Positions 35,670-45,090 of a DNA stretch of 64,000 bases are shown here, piece after piece (position 1 is the stretch's first letter; every line of letters starts with the position of its first letter). A model generated the notes under the pieces. The model saw nothing but the letters and a program-made list of their open reading frames with translations. It made no database searches and was not told the origin of the DNA. The stretch comes from Betaproteobacteria bacterium SCGC AG-212-J23. Its GTDB lineage: Bacteria; Pseudomonadota; Gammaproteobacteria; Burkholderiales; SG8-39. A program made the position numbers and the translations under genes. The stretch is taken from contig LSTF01000001.1 of the NCBI GenBank assembly GCA_001644455.1, forward strand, positions 13,109 through 77,108, written 5' to 3'.

Positions 35670-36532
35670 TGGAAATCTTCGACATCTATCTCCTCGAAGC
35701 CGTCCTCAACGGGCTATTGCTCGGCGGGCTGCTCGCGCTGCTCTCGCTCGGCCTGAACCTGATCTTCGGCGTGATCGACGTGGTGTGGATCTGCTACGCG
35801 GAATTGATCATGTGCGGCATGTACGCGGTCTACTACCTGCACGTGCAGTACCACTGGCCGCTCTACGCGGCGATGCCGGCGGCGATCGTCATCGTGGCGA
35901 TGCTCGGCGTGCTGCTGCACCAGCTGGTGATCAAGCCGGTGCTCGCCGCCGAGCCGATCAACCAGCTGCTCGTCACCGGCGGCGTGCTCTTCTTCCTGCA
36001 GGCGGCGGCGACGCTCGCCTTCGGCATCGACTTCAAGAACCTCGGCGTGAGCCTGCCGGCGGTGCGCATCGGCGAGATGTCGTTCTCCGCGGCGCGCCTG
36101 ATCGCGTTCGGCGCGGCAGTCTTGGGAGTCCTCGGTTTATTTGTTTTTTTAAGAAAAACTTATTTAGGTACGGCGATCCGCGCAATCAGTCAGGACCGGG
36201 CGATCATGCCGCTGATGGGCGTGAGCCCGGGGCGCATCTACACGCTCACCTCCGCGCTCGGCGGCGCGCTCGCCGGCCTCGGCTCCTGCCTGCTGGTGCT
36301 GCAGTACGACGTGCACCCGGCGATCGGCCTGTCCTTCGGCCCGATCACCTTCCTCATCTGCGTGATGGGCGGCCTGGGGAGCATGGCGGGCGGCCTGATC
36401 GCGGCGTTCGTCTTCGCCCAGTTCATCTCGGTCGGCGGCTTCTTCTTCGCCGTCGAGTGGGGCTACGTCATCGCCTTCGCCTTCTTCATCGGGATGATGT
36501 TTGTGAGACCCCAGGGCTTGTTTCGAAGATGA
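35669..36532 (+). CDS. ABC permease (LivH-like)
   Basis: GLNLIFGV, GTAIRAISQD, GGLGS, RPQGLF. Confidence 0.92.
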   Translation: MEIFDIYLLEAVLNGLLLGGLLALLSLGLNLIFGVIDVVWICYAELIMCGMYAVYYLHVQYHWPLYAAMPAAIVIVAMLGVLLHQLVIKPVLAAEPINQLLVTGGVLFFLQAAATLAFGIDFKNLGVSLPAVRIGEMSFSAARLIAFGAAVLGVLGLFVFLRKTYLGTAIRAISQDRAIMPLMGVSPGRIYTLTSALGGALAGLGSCLLVLQYDVHPAIGLSFGPITFLICVMGGLGSMAGGLIAAFVFAQFISVGGFFFAVEWGYVIAFAFFIGMMFVRPQGLFRR

Positions 36533-36539
36533 GCAAGCG

Positions 36540-37457
36540 ATGATCGGCAACTACCCGCTGCACCTCATGATCCTGGTGCTGCTCTGGGGCTACATCTATA
36601 CGGGCTGGTCGCTGATGGGGCGCCTGGGCATGGTGAGCTTCGGCCACGGCGCGTTCATGGGCATCGGCGCGTACACGGTGGTGATGCTGTGGAACCACTT
36701 CGGCCTCTCGCCGTGGCTCGGCGCGCCGGCCGCGCTGGCGCTGACCGCGGCGGTCGCGCTGGTCATCGCCTACCCGTGCTTTCGCTTCAAGATCGTCGGC
36801 CACTACTTCGCGCTGGTGACGCTCGCGCTCTCGGAAGTGACGCGGCTGGTGATCACCGCGATGCGCGATGTGACCGGCGGCTCGCTCGGCGCGACACCGA
36901 ACGGCGCGCTCACCGAAGGCCGGAGCGTGGCGATCGGCGCGCTGCAGTTCTCCGACAAGTGGGTCTGGCTCGCCATCATCTTCGCTTTTTGGTTGCTGGG
37001 CCTGTGGGTGTGGCGCCTCGTCGACCGCGGCATGGGACGGCTCGCGCTGCAGGCGATCAGCGAGGACGAGGAGGCGGCGGCCTCGATCGGCATCCACGTC
37101 ACGCGCGCCAAGCTGCAGGTGACGCTCGTCTCGGCGCTCATGACCTGCACCGGCGGCATCCTCTACGCGCAGTACCAGCTCTACGTGAACCCGGACACCG
37201 TCTCGGGCATCGCCATCAGCCTGCAGATGGTGTTCGGCGTCATCGCCGGCGGCATGTTCGTCATGCTCGGGCCGACGGTCGGCGCCGCGTTCACGCTGCT
37301 GCTCGCCGAGGGCCTGCGGCTCGCCTTCGGCAACAAGTACCCGGCGCTCGACACCACGATCTACGGCGCGATGCTGGTCCTGTTCATCATCTTCATGCCC
37401 AAGGGGATCCTGGGCGCGCTGCTTGATCTAGTGCGCCGCCCGCGGCGCGCTTCCTAG
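36540..37457 (+). CDS. ABC permease (LivM-like)
   Basis: SFGHGAFMGIGAY, YFALVTL, AISEDEEAA, MPKGI. Start may be 36528-36540. Confidence 0.92.
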   Translation: MIGNYPLHLMILVLLWGYIYTGWSLMGRLGMVSFGHGAFMGIGAYTVVMLWNHFGLSPWLGAPAALALTAAVALVIAYPCFRFKIVGHYFALVTLALSEVTRLVITAMRDVTGGSLGATPNGALTEGRSVAIGALQFSDKWVWLAIIFAFWLLGLWVWRLVDRGMGRLALQAISEDEEAAASIGIHVTRAKLQVTLVSALMTCTGGILYAQYQLYVNPDTVSGIAISLQMVFGVIAGGMFVMLGPTVGAAFTLLLAEGLRLAFGNKYPALDTTIYGAMLVLFIIFMPKGILGALLDLVRRPRRAS

Positions 37458-38441
37458 CAGCTCTTCCAGCTCTTTCTTCCACCACTTGGCGCTGCCGGTC
37501 GTGCCGTGCCCTGCGGTGTCGGGGCTACCCGGAATCAGCAGCACGCGGCCGTTCTTCACCCGCTTGATCTCGCGATCGAGCACGCCCGTCTCGGGCGGGT
37601 TGCGCTCGTCGTCGGCGGAGTTGATCGCGAGCAGCGTCGCGGTGATCTTCTCGAGGCCGGGCGAAGGGTTGTAGTCGCGCGACGAATCCCACTGGTAGAG
37701 GGTGTCGTCTGGGTCGGCGGTGAAGGGCGCCTTGAGGCGCGCATCGAGGAGCGCGTCGGCCTTCTCGCGCGTCGGCGCGGCCTTGTAGAGCGCCTGGCTG
37801 CCGCCGCTGGTCGCGAAGCCGAAGAACACCGACGCGAACTGGGCGTTCTTCGGGTCGCGGCGGATCGAGTCGATGATCAGGCGCCGCAGGATCCAGTTGC
37901 GGCTCGCCATCTCGGTCGGCAGCGAGGCCATCGGCACGGCGATGTCCATGAAGCCGGGGTGCTTCTCCGCCCAGATCCAGGTCTGCATGCCGCCCATCGA
38001 GTTGCCGATGACGAGGCGCGCGTGGTGCACCTTCAGCCCCTCGGTCGCGAGGCGGTGCGCGGCGTCGACCATGTCGTCGTAGTTGTAGCGCGGGAACTTC
38101 GCGTGCATCCCGTCGGAAGGCTTGCTCGACTGGCCGTGGCCGAGCGAGTCGGGGAGGATGATGAAGTAGCGCTTCGCGTCGAGCGGCTGGCCGGGGCCGA
38201 ACAGCTCGCCCGCAAACGCGGGCGTGAGCATGCTCGCGCCGGAGCCGGTCGTGCCGTGCAGCACCAGCACCGGCTCGCCGGTCGGCGCGCCCAGCGTGCG
38301 GTAGTGCATGCGCAGCTCGGGCAGCGTCTCGCCGGTGTGGAATTTGAAATCGCGCGCGACCCAGCTCCCTTCCTGCGGCGCCGGGTAATCGGCGTGGGCG
38401 GAAAAGGCGATCACCAACAGAAACAGTTTCAAGAGCTTCAT
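37428..38441 (-). CDS. Secreted alpha/beta hydrolase (homoserine acetyltransferase-like fold)
   Basis: RBS GGAGGAG, signal peptide, LHGTTG, GNSMGG, DDERNP, GHGT. Confidence 0.88.
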   Translation of the reverse strand: MKLLKLFLLVIAFSAHADYPAPQEGSWVARDFKFHTGETLPELRMHYRTLGAPTGEPVLVLHGTTGSGASMLTPAFAGELFGPGQPLDAKRYFIILPDSLGHGQSSKPSDGMHAKFPRYNYDDMVDAAHRLATEGLKVHHARLVIGNSMGGMQTWIWAEKHPGFMDIAVPMASLPTEMASRNWILRRLIIDSIRRDPKNAQFASVFFGFATSGGSQALYKAAPTREKADALLDARLKAPFTADPDDTLYQWDSSRDYNPSPGLEKITATLLAINSADDERNPPETGVLDREIKRVKNGRVLLIPGSPDTAGHGTTGSAKWWKKELEELLGSAPRAAH

Positions 38442-38474
38442 GTCTCCTCCTTGCGGGAATCCTACAATGGTCCC

Positions 38475-39422
38475 ATGCGGATATTGGCGGCGGTCCTGCT
38501 TTTTGCGTTCGGCGCGGCGCACGCTGCCTGGCCGGAAAAGCCGATCCGCTTCGTCGTTCCCTCGGCGCCGGGCGGCTCGCCCGACGTCCTGATGCGCATC
38601 CTCGCGCAGCAACTCTCGGTGCAGTTGGGCGTTCCCTTCGTCATCGACAACAAGCCGGGCGCGTCGTACGTGCCGGGGACCATGGACATCGTCCGCGCGC
38701 CGCCCGACGGCTACACGCTCGGCTACGGCAACATTGTCTCGCTCGCCATCAACTACTCGCTGCTGCAGAAGGTGCCGTACCTCGTCGAGCGCGACCTGAC
38801 GCTGGTCTCGAACTGCGTGAACGTCTTCAACATGCTCGCGGTGAGCAACGACCTGCCGGTGCGCACGGTGCCGGAGCTGATCGAGTACGCGAGGAAGAAT
38901 CCGGGCAAGCTCACCAACGGCTCGTCGGGCAACGGCACCACCGGGCACCTCGGCGGAGAGCTCTTCAAGATGATGACCGGCATTTCCATGGTGCACGCGC
39001 CGTACAAGGGCAGCCCGCAGGCGATCAACGACCTGATGGCCGGGCGAATCCAGGTGATGTTCGACAACGTGCCCTCGATCGGGCCGCATGTGAAGGCTGG
39101 CAAGGTGCGCGGCCTCGGCGTCTCCTCGCTCGTGCGCGCGGCGCAGTTCCCGCAGATTCCGGCGATCGCCGAGAGCGTGCCGGGCTACCAGACCAACGCC
39201 TGGGGCGGCGTCATCGGCCCCGCCGGGCTGCCGCCCGAAATCGTCAAGAGGCTTTCCCTGGAAATCAGGAAAGCATTGGCGGCGCCCGAAGTCGCGGAGC
39301 GCTATCGCGTCCTCGACACCGAGCCCGACGGCAGCGGCCCCGAGGCGTTCGCCGAGCTGGTGCGCAGGGAAACCCGCAAGTGGGGAGACGTGGTCTCCCG
39401 TTCCGGCGCGAAGGTGGACTGA
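38475..39422 (+). CDS. Bug/TctC substrate-binding protein
   Basis: WPEKPIRFVVPSAPGGSPD, DNKPGA, PYKGS. Confidence 0.93.
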   Translation: MRILAAVLLFAFGAAHAAWPEKPIRFVVPSAPGGSPDVLMRILAQQLSVQLGVPFVIDNKPGASYVPGTMDIVRAPPDGYTLGYGNIVSLAINYSLLQKVPYLVERDLTLVSNCVNVFNMLAVSNDLPVRTVPELIEYARKNPGKLTNGSSGNGTTGHLGGELFKMMTGISMVHAPYKGSPQAINDLMAGRIQVMFDNVPSIGPHVKAGKVRGLGVSSLVRAAQFPQIPAIAESVPGYQTNAWGGVIGPAGLPPEIVKRLSLEIRKALAAPEVAERYRVLDTEPDGSGPEAFAELVRRETRKWGDVVSRSGAKVD

Positions 39423-40849
39423 TGGACCTGGTGATTCGCAACGCGACCGTCATCGACGGTACCCGCGCTCCCCGCTTTCAGGCCGATATCGGCATCGCTG
39501 GCGGGCGGATCGCAGCGATTGGAAAAGCACCGAAGGGCAATAAGGAGATCGATGGCGGAGGAAAGATCCTGGCGCCGGGATTCATCGACGCGCACACCCA
39601 CGACGACCGCCTGATGCTTTCCGCCCCGGAGATGGCGCCCAAGGTGAGCCAGGGCGTGACCACGGTGGTCGCCGGCAACTGCGGCATTTCGCTCGCTCCC
39701 GCGCCGAAGGGCATGCGAGCACCGGTGACGCCGCCGATCGACCTCATGGACGACGAAGGGAAATGGTTTCGCTTCAAGGAATTCAAGGATTACGTAAAGA
39801 CCCTGAGAGAAAATCCGCCTGCAACCAACTGTGCTCTGCTCGTCGGCCACACGATGCTGCGCGTGCAGACGATGGATGATGTCGAAAGAGCCGCTTCAGA
39901 AAAAGAGATTTCTTCCATGCAACGCCTGGTGGAGGAAGCCCTTGAAGCCGGCGCGATCGGCGTCTCGACCGGCCTCTACTACGAGCCCGCCAGCGCCGCG
40001 CCGACCGAGGAAGTGATCGAGGTCTGCCGCCCGCTCTCGAGGCGCAACGCGCTCTACTGCACGCACATGCGCGACGAGGGCGACCGCATCGTCGACTCGC
40101 TGGAGGAAACCTTCCGCATCGGCCGCGAGCTCGGCGTGCCGGTGGTGATCTCGCACCACAAGCTCGCCGGCACGCCCAACCACGGCCGCTCCGCCGAGAC
40201 GCTGCCGCTCATCGAGAAGGCGATGCGCTCGCAGAAGATCGGCCTCGACTGCTACCCCTACTGCGCGTCCTCGACGATCCTTTCCTTTGGCCGGACCCAG
40301 GTGGCTTCGAAGACGCTGGTGACCTGGTCGAAGCCGCACCCCGAATTCCAGGGGATGGATCTGCGCGACATTGCTACGAAAATGAGACGTTCGATCGAAG
40401 AGACCGTAGGGCAGCTGGTCCCCGCGGGGGCAATCTATTTCTCGATGGACGAGAAAGACGTGCAGCGCATCCTCGCCTTCGAGCACACCATGATCGGCTC
40501 CGACGGCCTGCCGCACGACGCGGCGCCGCACCCGCGGCTGTGGGGGACCTTTCCGCGCGTGCTCGGGCACTATGCAAATGGCCTGAACCTGTTTCCGCTC
40601 GAGACGGCGGTCTACAAGATGACCGGCCTCACGGCGAAGACCTTCGGCCTCGCGGATCGCGGCGTGTTGAAGGAGGGCTATGCCGCCGACATCGTGCTCT
40701 TTGATGAAGGCATCCACGAGAGCGCGACCTTCGAGAAGCCCATCCAGGCGGCGAAAGGCATCGACACCGTGATCGTCAACGGCCAGGCGGTGTGGCGCGG
40801 CGGCAAGCCGACCGGCGCGCGGCCGGGGAAGGTCCTGAGACGGGAATAG
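39422..40849 (+). CDS. N-acyl-D-amino-acid deacylase (D-aminoacylase)
   Basis: PGFIDAHTHDD, GNCGIS, THMRDE, SHHK, GSDG, HPRLWGTFPR. Confidence 0.92.
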   Translation: MDLVIRNATVIDGTRAPRFQADIGIAGGRIAAIGKAPKGNKEIDGGGKILAPGFIDAHTHDDRLMLSAPEMAPKVSQGVTTVVAGNCGISLAPAPKGMRAPVTPPIDLMDDEGKWFRFKEFKDYVKTLRENPPATNCALLVGHTMLRVQTMDDVERAASEKEISSMQRLVEEALEAGAIGVSTGLYYEPASAAPTEEVIEVCRPLSRRNALYCTHMRDEGDRIVDSLEETFRIGRELGVPVVISHHKLAGTPNHGRSAETLPLIEKAMRSQKIGLDCYPYCASSTILSFGRTQVASKTLVTWSKPHPEFQGMDLRDIATKMRRSIEETVGQLVPAGAIYFSMDEKDVQRILAFEHTMIGSDGLPHDAAPHPRLWGTFPRVLGHYANGLNLFPLETAVYKMTGLTAKTFGLADRGVLKEGYAADIVLFDEGIHESATFEKPIQAAKGIDTVIVNGQAVWRGGKPTGARPGKVLRRE

Positions 40850-40899
40850 CAGGCGGTCCGTACTGTTAGTCAACGAACGTTCACCACGGAGGAGGTCCA

Positions 40900-41553
40900 G
40901 TGAAAATCACCATCATCACGGCAGCGTTGCTGCTGGCATTCGGAGCGCAGGCGCAGGACAAGAAGCCCGCAGGCAAGATGTCGTTCTTCGTCACCAGCGC
41001 CGGCAAGGGCAACGGCGCGGACCTGGGCGGCCTGGAAGGCGCCGACGCGCATTGCAACGCACTCGCCAAGGCCGCGGGCTCGAAACAGAGTAACTGGAAG
41101 GCCTACCTCAGCACCTCGCTGCCGGGCGGCGACGCCGGCGTCAATGCGCGCGATCGCATCGGCAAGGGCCCCTGGTACAACGCCAAGGGCGTCATGGTGG
41201 CGAAGAACGTCAACGACCTGCACTCGAGCAAGAACAACATCAACAAGCAGACCGCGCTCGACGAGAAGGGCAACCCGATCAAGGGCCGCGGCGACACGCC
41301 GAACGAGCACGACATCCTCACCGGCTCCGATCCGATGGGCATGTACTCCACCGCCGGCGGCGACACGACCTGCGGCAACTGGACGAAGAGCGGCGAGGGT
41401 TCGGCGATCGTCGGCCACCACGACCTGCAGGGCCTGAAGGACACGCGGCACATGAAGTCGTGGAATTCCTCGCACGGCTCGCGCGGCTGCAGCCAGGACA
41501 ACCTGAAGGCCTCCGGCGGCGCGGGACTGCTTTACTGCTTCGCAGCGAAGTAG
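40900..41553 (+). CDS. Secreted lectin-like (endostatin/DUF1554-like fold) protein
   Basis: RBS GGAGGAGG, signal peptide, FFVTS..LGGLEGADAHC..WKAYLS..GLLYCFA. Confidence 0.8.
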   Translation: MKITIITAALLLAFGAQAQDKKPAGKMSFFVTSAGKGNGADLGGLEGADAHCNALAKAAGSKQSNWKAYLSTSLPGGDAGVNARDRIGKGPWYNAKGVMVAKNVNDLHSSKNNINKQTALDEKGNPIKGRGDTPNEHDILTGSDPMGMYSTAGGDTTCGNWTKSGEGSAIVGHHDLQGLKDTRHMKSWNSSHGSRGCSQDNLKASGGAGLLYCFAAK

Positions 41554-41557
41554 CTTT

Positions 41558-41887
41558 TCATTTCTTCTTGAGGAGGTCCTGGAGCGCGGTGCCGGTCACC
41601 CGCTCCACGCGACCGTCGTTGGTGAGCTCGACTGCCTCGCCGGCGAAGAAGGTGTTGTCTTCGACGTCCACGGTCTGGAAGCCGCCGACGTCCATGCGGA
41701 TCTGCAGGCGATAGAGATGCGGCTCCTTCTCCTTCTTCGTGCCCTGGTTCGGCACCACCGCGATCGAGTCGATCACGCCCGAGCCGGCGCGGAAATTCCC
41801 GGGCCGGACGATCTGGCTCTCGTTCTGCGCCGGGTCGGAGGTGTAGGTACATCCCGCGAGGACGAGAAGCAGCAAGGCGAGGCGCAT
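41558..41887 (-). CDS. Hypothetical lipoprotein
   Basis: Lipobox LAGC. Confidence 0.75.
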   Translation of the reverse strand: MRLALLLLVLAGCTYTSDPAQNESQIVRPGNFRAGSGVIDSIAVVPNQGTKKEKEPHLYRLQIRMDVGGFQTVDVEDNTFFAGEAVELTNDGRVERVTGTALQDLLKKK

Positions 41888-41992
41888 CCCCTGATTCTGC
41901 CATTCTTGACCGGCGAATCTCCCTGATCCGGGCAGCGCAGTGCCTCGCTTCCCCAGTGCAATGGCGGAATCCTCTCCACGAAAGGAAACGCC

Positions 41993-42484
41993 ATGCTGAA
42001 GCAGTCACTGATCCTCGCCGCGCTCGTCGCCATGAGCGGCTGCGATCCTCGGTCTCCGACCAAGGAGGCGCCAAAGGTCTCCGCCCTGCCGCAACCGGAC
42101 ACCTTCCGCGCCGAAGTGCTGTTCGACTTCGAGCGTGCCGAGCTGGGCGGCGAGGGCCGCAAGCTGCTCGACGAGCTGGCGCGCGAGCTGGTCGCCTCGG
42201 ACATCGAGCGGCTGACCGCCACGGCGCACACCGATCGCATCGGCGGTGCGGCGTACAACGAGGAGCTGGCGGCGCGCCGTGCCGAAGCGATCCGCGACTA
42301 CCTGGTCGGCAAGGGCGTGCCCGTGGACTTGCTGCAGGTCGAGGGCAAGGGCGCGCGCGAGCCGGTCACCGCCGGGCGCTGCGACGGCCTGGGTCCCGAG
42401 AACAAGCAGAACGCGAAGCTGATCGCCTGCCTGCGGCCCGATCGCCGCGCGGTGATCGAAGTCAGGCAGCGAGCGGCGCGCTGA
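41993..42484 (+). CDS. OmpA C-terminal-domain lipoprotein
   Basis: Lipobox MSGC, VLFDFE, AHTDRIG..YNEELAARRA, PDRRAVIEV. Confidence 0.88.
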   Translation: MLKQSLILAALVAMSGCDPRSPTKEAPKVSALPQPDTFRAEVLFDFERAELGGEGRKLLDELARELVASDIERLTATAHTDRIGGAAYNEELAARRAEAIRDYLVGKGVPVDLLQVEGKGAREPVTAGRCDGLGPENKQNAKLIACLRPDRRAVIEVRQRAAR

Positions 42485-43955
42485 CCCTGACCACCACGCC
42501 CGAGCCGTCCTCGCGGTCCATCGCCTGCGCTGTCCCGCCGTGGAATTCGGCGATGAGGCGCACGATGTACAGGCCGAGGCCGAGGTGCGGCTCGGTGCCG
42601 TCGCTCTTGCGGATCGAGATCATCGACTCGAACAGCTTGCCCGCCATCGCCGCCGGCAGGCGCGGCCCGCGGTTGCTGACCGTGAGCACCGCCTGGCCGT
42701 CCTTCACCGATAGCCGCACCCGGATCGGCTCGTCGCCGGTGGAAAAATCCATCGCGTTGGCGATGAGCTTGTCGAGCATTTGCGCGTACAGATCCGGCGC
42801 GCCCGACACCCAGACGGGTTGTTCGGGAACCTCGATCTCGAGTTTTTTCTCGGGGTAGCTCTGCAGGCACTTGCGCGCGTCGAAGCGCTCGCGCTCGCCG
42901 CTGCGCACCACCTGCTCGAGGCGCGTAGCCTCGCTCATGCGGGTGAGGATCGTGGTGAGGCGCTGCAGCCCGTCGTCGGCGCGGGCGACGTAGACGTTGG
43001 CGTCCGGCGGCAGCGGCTGCAGCTTCAGGTTGTCGAGCGAGGAGCGCACCACCGCGATCGGCGTACGCAGCTCGTGCGACAGCCGCCCGGCCATGTTCTC
43101 CAGGTAGCTCGTGTACTGCCCGAGGCGCTCGAGCACCGTCGAGAAGCTGCGCGACAGGTCGCCGATCTCGTCGCGCGCCTGCGAGCCGGCGAGCAGCTTG
43201 CCGACGCGGCCGCGGGCATCGATCGCCGCTTCCGCCTCGTCGCGCAGGCGGCGCAGGCGGATCGAGAGGCGCGAGGCGAAGGCGAGCAGCGCCAGCGCGC
43301 CGGCGAGGAAGGCGATCAGCGTCACCGCCACCACCTGCTCGAGCGCGCGGTTGGCGATCGAGCGGATGGCGTTGGTGGTCTCCTCCGCCACCACCGCCGC
43401 CACCACGCGGTCTTCCGCCCAGACAGGGTAGGACGCCGAGAGGATCACGGCGCGCGAGTCGGGCGAGTTGCGCCAGCGCCGCGCCGCGACGCCTTGCAGC
43501 GCGCTCGCCGCCACCGGGTTGACGATCTCGGATTCGGGCAGCGCGTCGTCGAAGTCGTTGGTCGGCCGCTCGAGCATGCGGTTCGTCACCGGCCGGATGA
43601 GGCGCATGGTGTAGTCGAGCGGCGCGGGCGGCGGCGCGAGCGTTTCCTCGTCCTCGCCGGATTTCAGGCTGCCGGCGAGCGCGATCAGGCGGTGGCGCTG
43701 GTCGACGATCCAGATGCGCGACTCGGCGCGCGCCAGGAGCTTCAGCGTGAGGTCCATCTCGCTCGGTCGCAGGCCGAGCGGATCGGGCCGGCTGCTCAGC
43801 GCCGTCGCCACCGAGCGCGCGGTGGCGAGCAGCGCCTGCTCCTGGTTCTGGCGCAGCAGCGCTTCCATCTGCTGCACGTGCAGCCAGCCGACGAACGGAA
43901 TGACGGCCAGCACCAGCGCCACCAGGACGACCTTGCTGCGCAGCCCGAGTCTCAA
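42462..43955 (-). CDS. pdsS: HAMP histidine kinase, PdsS-like (proteobacterial dedicated sortase system)
   Basis: RDEIGDLSRSFS, RLSHELRTPIAVVRSSL, RMSEATRLE, QMLDKLIANAMDF, PHLGLGLYIVR. Confidence 0.8.
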   Translation of the reverse strand: MRLGLRSKVVLVALVLAVIPFVGWLHVQQMEALLRQNQEQALLATARSVATALSSRPDPLGLRPSEMDLTLKLLARAESRIWIVDQRHRLIALAGSLKSGEDEETLAPPPAPLDYTMRLIRPVTNRMLERPTNDFDDALPESEIVNPVAASALQGVAARRWRNSPDSRAVILSASYPVWAEDRVVAAVVAEETTNAIRSIANRALEQVVAVTLIAFLAGALALLAFASRLSIRLRRLRDEAEAAIDARGRVGKLLAGSQARDEIGDLSRSFSTVLERLGQYTSYLENMAGRLSHELRTPIAVVRSSLDNLKLQPLPPDANVYVARADDGLQRLTTILTRMSEATRLEQVVRSGERERFDARKCLQSYPEKKLEIEVPEQPVWVSGAPDLYAQMLDKLIANAMDFSTGDEPIRVRLSVKDGQAVLTVSNRGPRLPAAMAGKLFESMISIRKSDGTEPHLGLGLYIVRLIAEFHGGTAQAMDREDGSGVVVRVSAPLAA

Positions 43956-44641
43956 GCGTTCCAGCGGTACCCTAGACCGTACACGGCGTCGATCGCAACA
44001 AACTGCTCATCCAGCGCCAGGAATTTGCGGCGGATGCGCTTGATGTGCGAGGTGATGGTCGAATCGTCGACGACGATGTGCGCGTCGCGCATCAGCTGCT
44101 CGCGATCCTTGACGTGCCCCGGAAAGCGCGCGAGCGAGTGCACCAGCCAGAACTCGGTGAGGGTGAGATCGACCGTGCGCTCCTGCCACGTGGCGAGGAA
44201 GCGCTTCATGTCGAGGCGGAGCAGGCCGCGATCGAGCACCTCCTCGACCGCGCGCGGCTGCGTCAGCAGGTCGGCGCGGCGGAAGAGGGCGCTGATGCGC
44301 GCGAGAAGCTGCGGCAGCGCCACGTCCTTAGTGAGGTAATCGTCGGCGCCCATGCGCAGACCCGACACAGTGTCGAAGTCGCTGTCGCGCGCGGTGAGGA
44401 AGATGATCGGCAGCGCCGCCGACATCGCGCGCAGCTCGCGGCACAGCGTGAAGCCGCCGTCGGGCTCGTCGCCGAGGCCGATGTCGAGCAGCGCGAGGTC
44501 CGGAAGCTGCGTGCGGAAAGCGTCGGCCGCGGACTTGCGGTCGGGATAGGCGCGCACCTGGTAGCCGTGCTTCTTCAGCATGTCGGCATAGTTGGCGCGG
44601 ATGGCGGCGTCGTCTTCGACGATCGCCACGGTTTTCGGCAT
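43952..44641 (-). CDS. pdsR: OmpR-family response regulator, PdsR-like
   Basis: AIVEDDAAIRANY, DIGLGDEPDGGFTLCRELR, ARDSDFDTVSGLR, LTLTEFW, VDDSTITSHIKRIRRKF. Confidence 0.85.
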   Translation of the reverse strand: MPKTVAIVEDDAAIRANYADMLKKHGYQVRAYPDRKSAADAFRTQLPDLALLDIGLGDEPDGGFTLCRELRAMSAALPIIFLTARDSDFDTVSGLRMGADDYLTKDVALPQLLARISALFRRADLLTQPRAVEEVLDRGLLRLDMKRFLATWQERTVDLTLTEFWLVHSLARFPGHVKDREQLMRDAHIVVDDSTITSHIKRIRRKFLALDEQFVAIDAVYGLGYRWNA

Positions 44642-44765
44642 GGCGCGCAAATATACCCGCCGCGGAGGCGCCCGGAACGCCTTGCCTTCGGTTCGCCACT
44701 ATTGATCTTCAGCCTGCCAGCGGGTCCCCCCGCGCCGGACCGCAATCGGCTGCTGGAATGGCGCC

Positions 44766-44888
44766 ATGAACATCACGACCAAACAGTTCCTGCGGGACTT
44801 CGCGTTTACGTGCGGGGCGGCGATCGCCACCGGCGGCATCGTCAGCGCGGTCGCCGCGACCGTCATCCTGATCTTCGCCGCGGCCTGA
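44766..44888 (+). CDS. 40-aa single-TM small protein (below the ORF-track cutoff)
   Basis: MNITTKQFLRDFAFTCGAAIATGGIVSAVAATVILIFAAA; host-like codons; divergent from pdsR. Confidence 0.6.
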   Translation: MNITTKQFLRDFAFTCGAAIATGGIVSAVAATVILIFAAA

Positions 44889-44995
44889 TCCGGCGCTGCG
44901 GGCTGGTGGCTGGGGCTTTGCCTGACTCCCGCCTAGGACGTGCCGCGTGCCTCCCTCACGCGGCGGTCCCCACGCCACTAGCCCCCAGCGCCGGA
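44889..44995. other. 107-nt structured element (long terminal stem plus inner hairpin); ncRNA or MITE candidate
   Basis: TCCGGCGCTGCGGGCTGGTGGC pairs with GCCACTAGCCCCCAGCGCCGGA; inner GCCGCGTG-CCTCCCT-CACGCGGC. Confidence 0.55.
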
Positions 44996-45079
44996 GCGGT
45001 GCGTTGGTTCGGGCCAAAGCACCGCAAGCGTGCAGGAATCGCCGGCTTTCCGGGCAAAACACCTGGCATGGTTGGTGCA
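44988..45079 (+). promoter_or_regulatory. Two NtrC-type sites and a sigma54 -24/-12 promoter for cynS
   Basis: GCGC-N7-GTGC (44988-45002), GCAC-N7-GTGC (45019-45033), TGGCATGGTTGGTGCA (45064-45079; GG-N10-GC). Confidence 0.75.
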
Positions 45080-45090
45080 AAGAGGCGCGC

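Noticed and set aside
19286-39422. Multiple Bug/TctC paralogues without tctAB
   Set aside because: A well-known family expansion in Betaproteobacteria.
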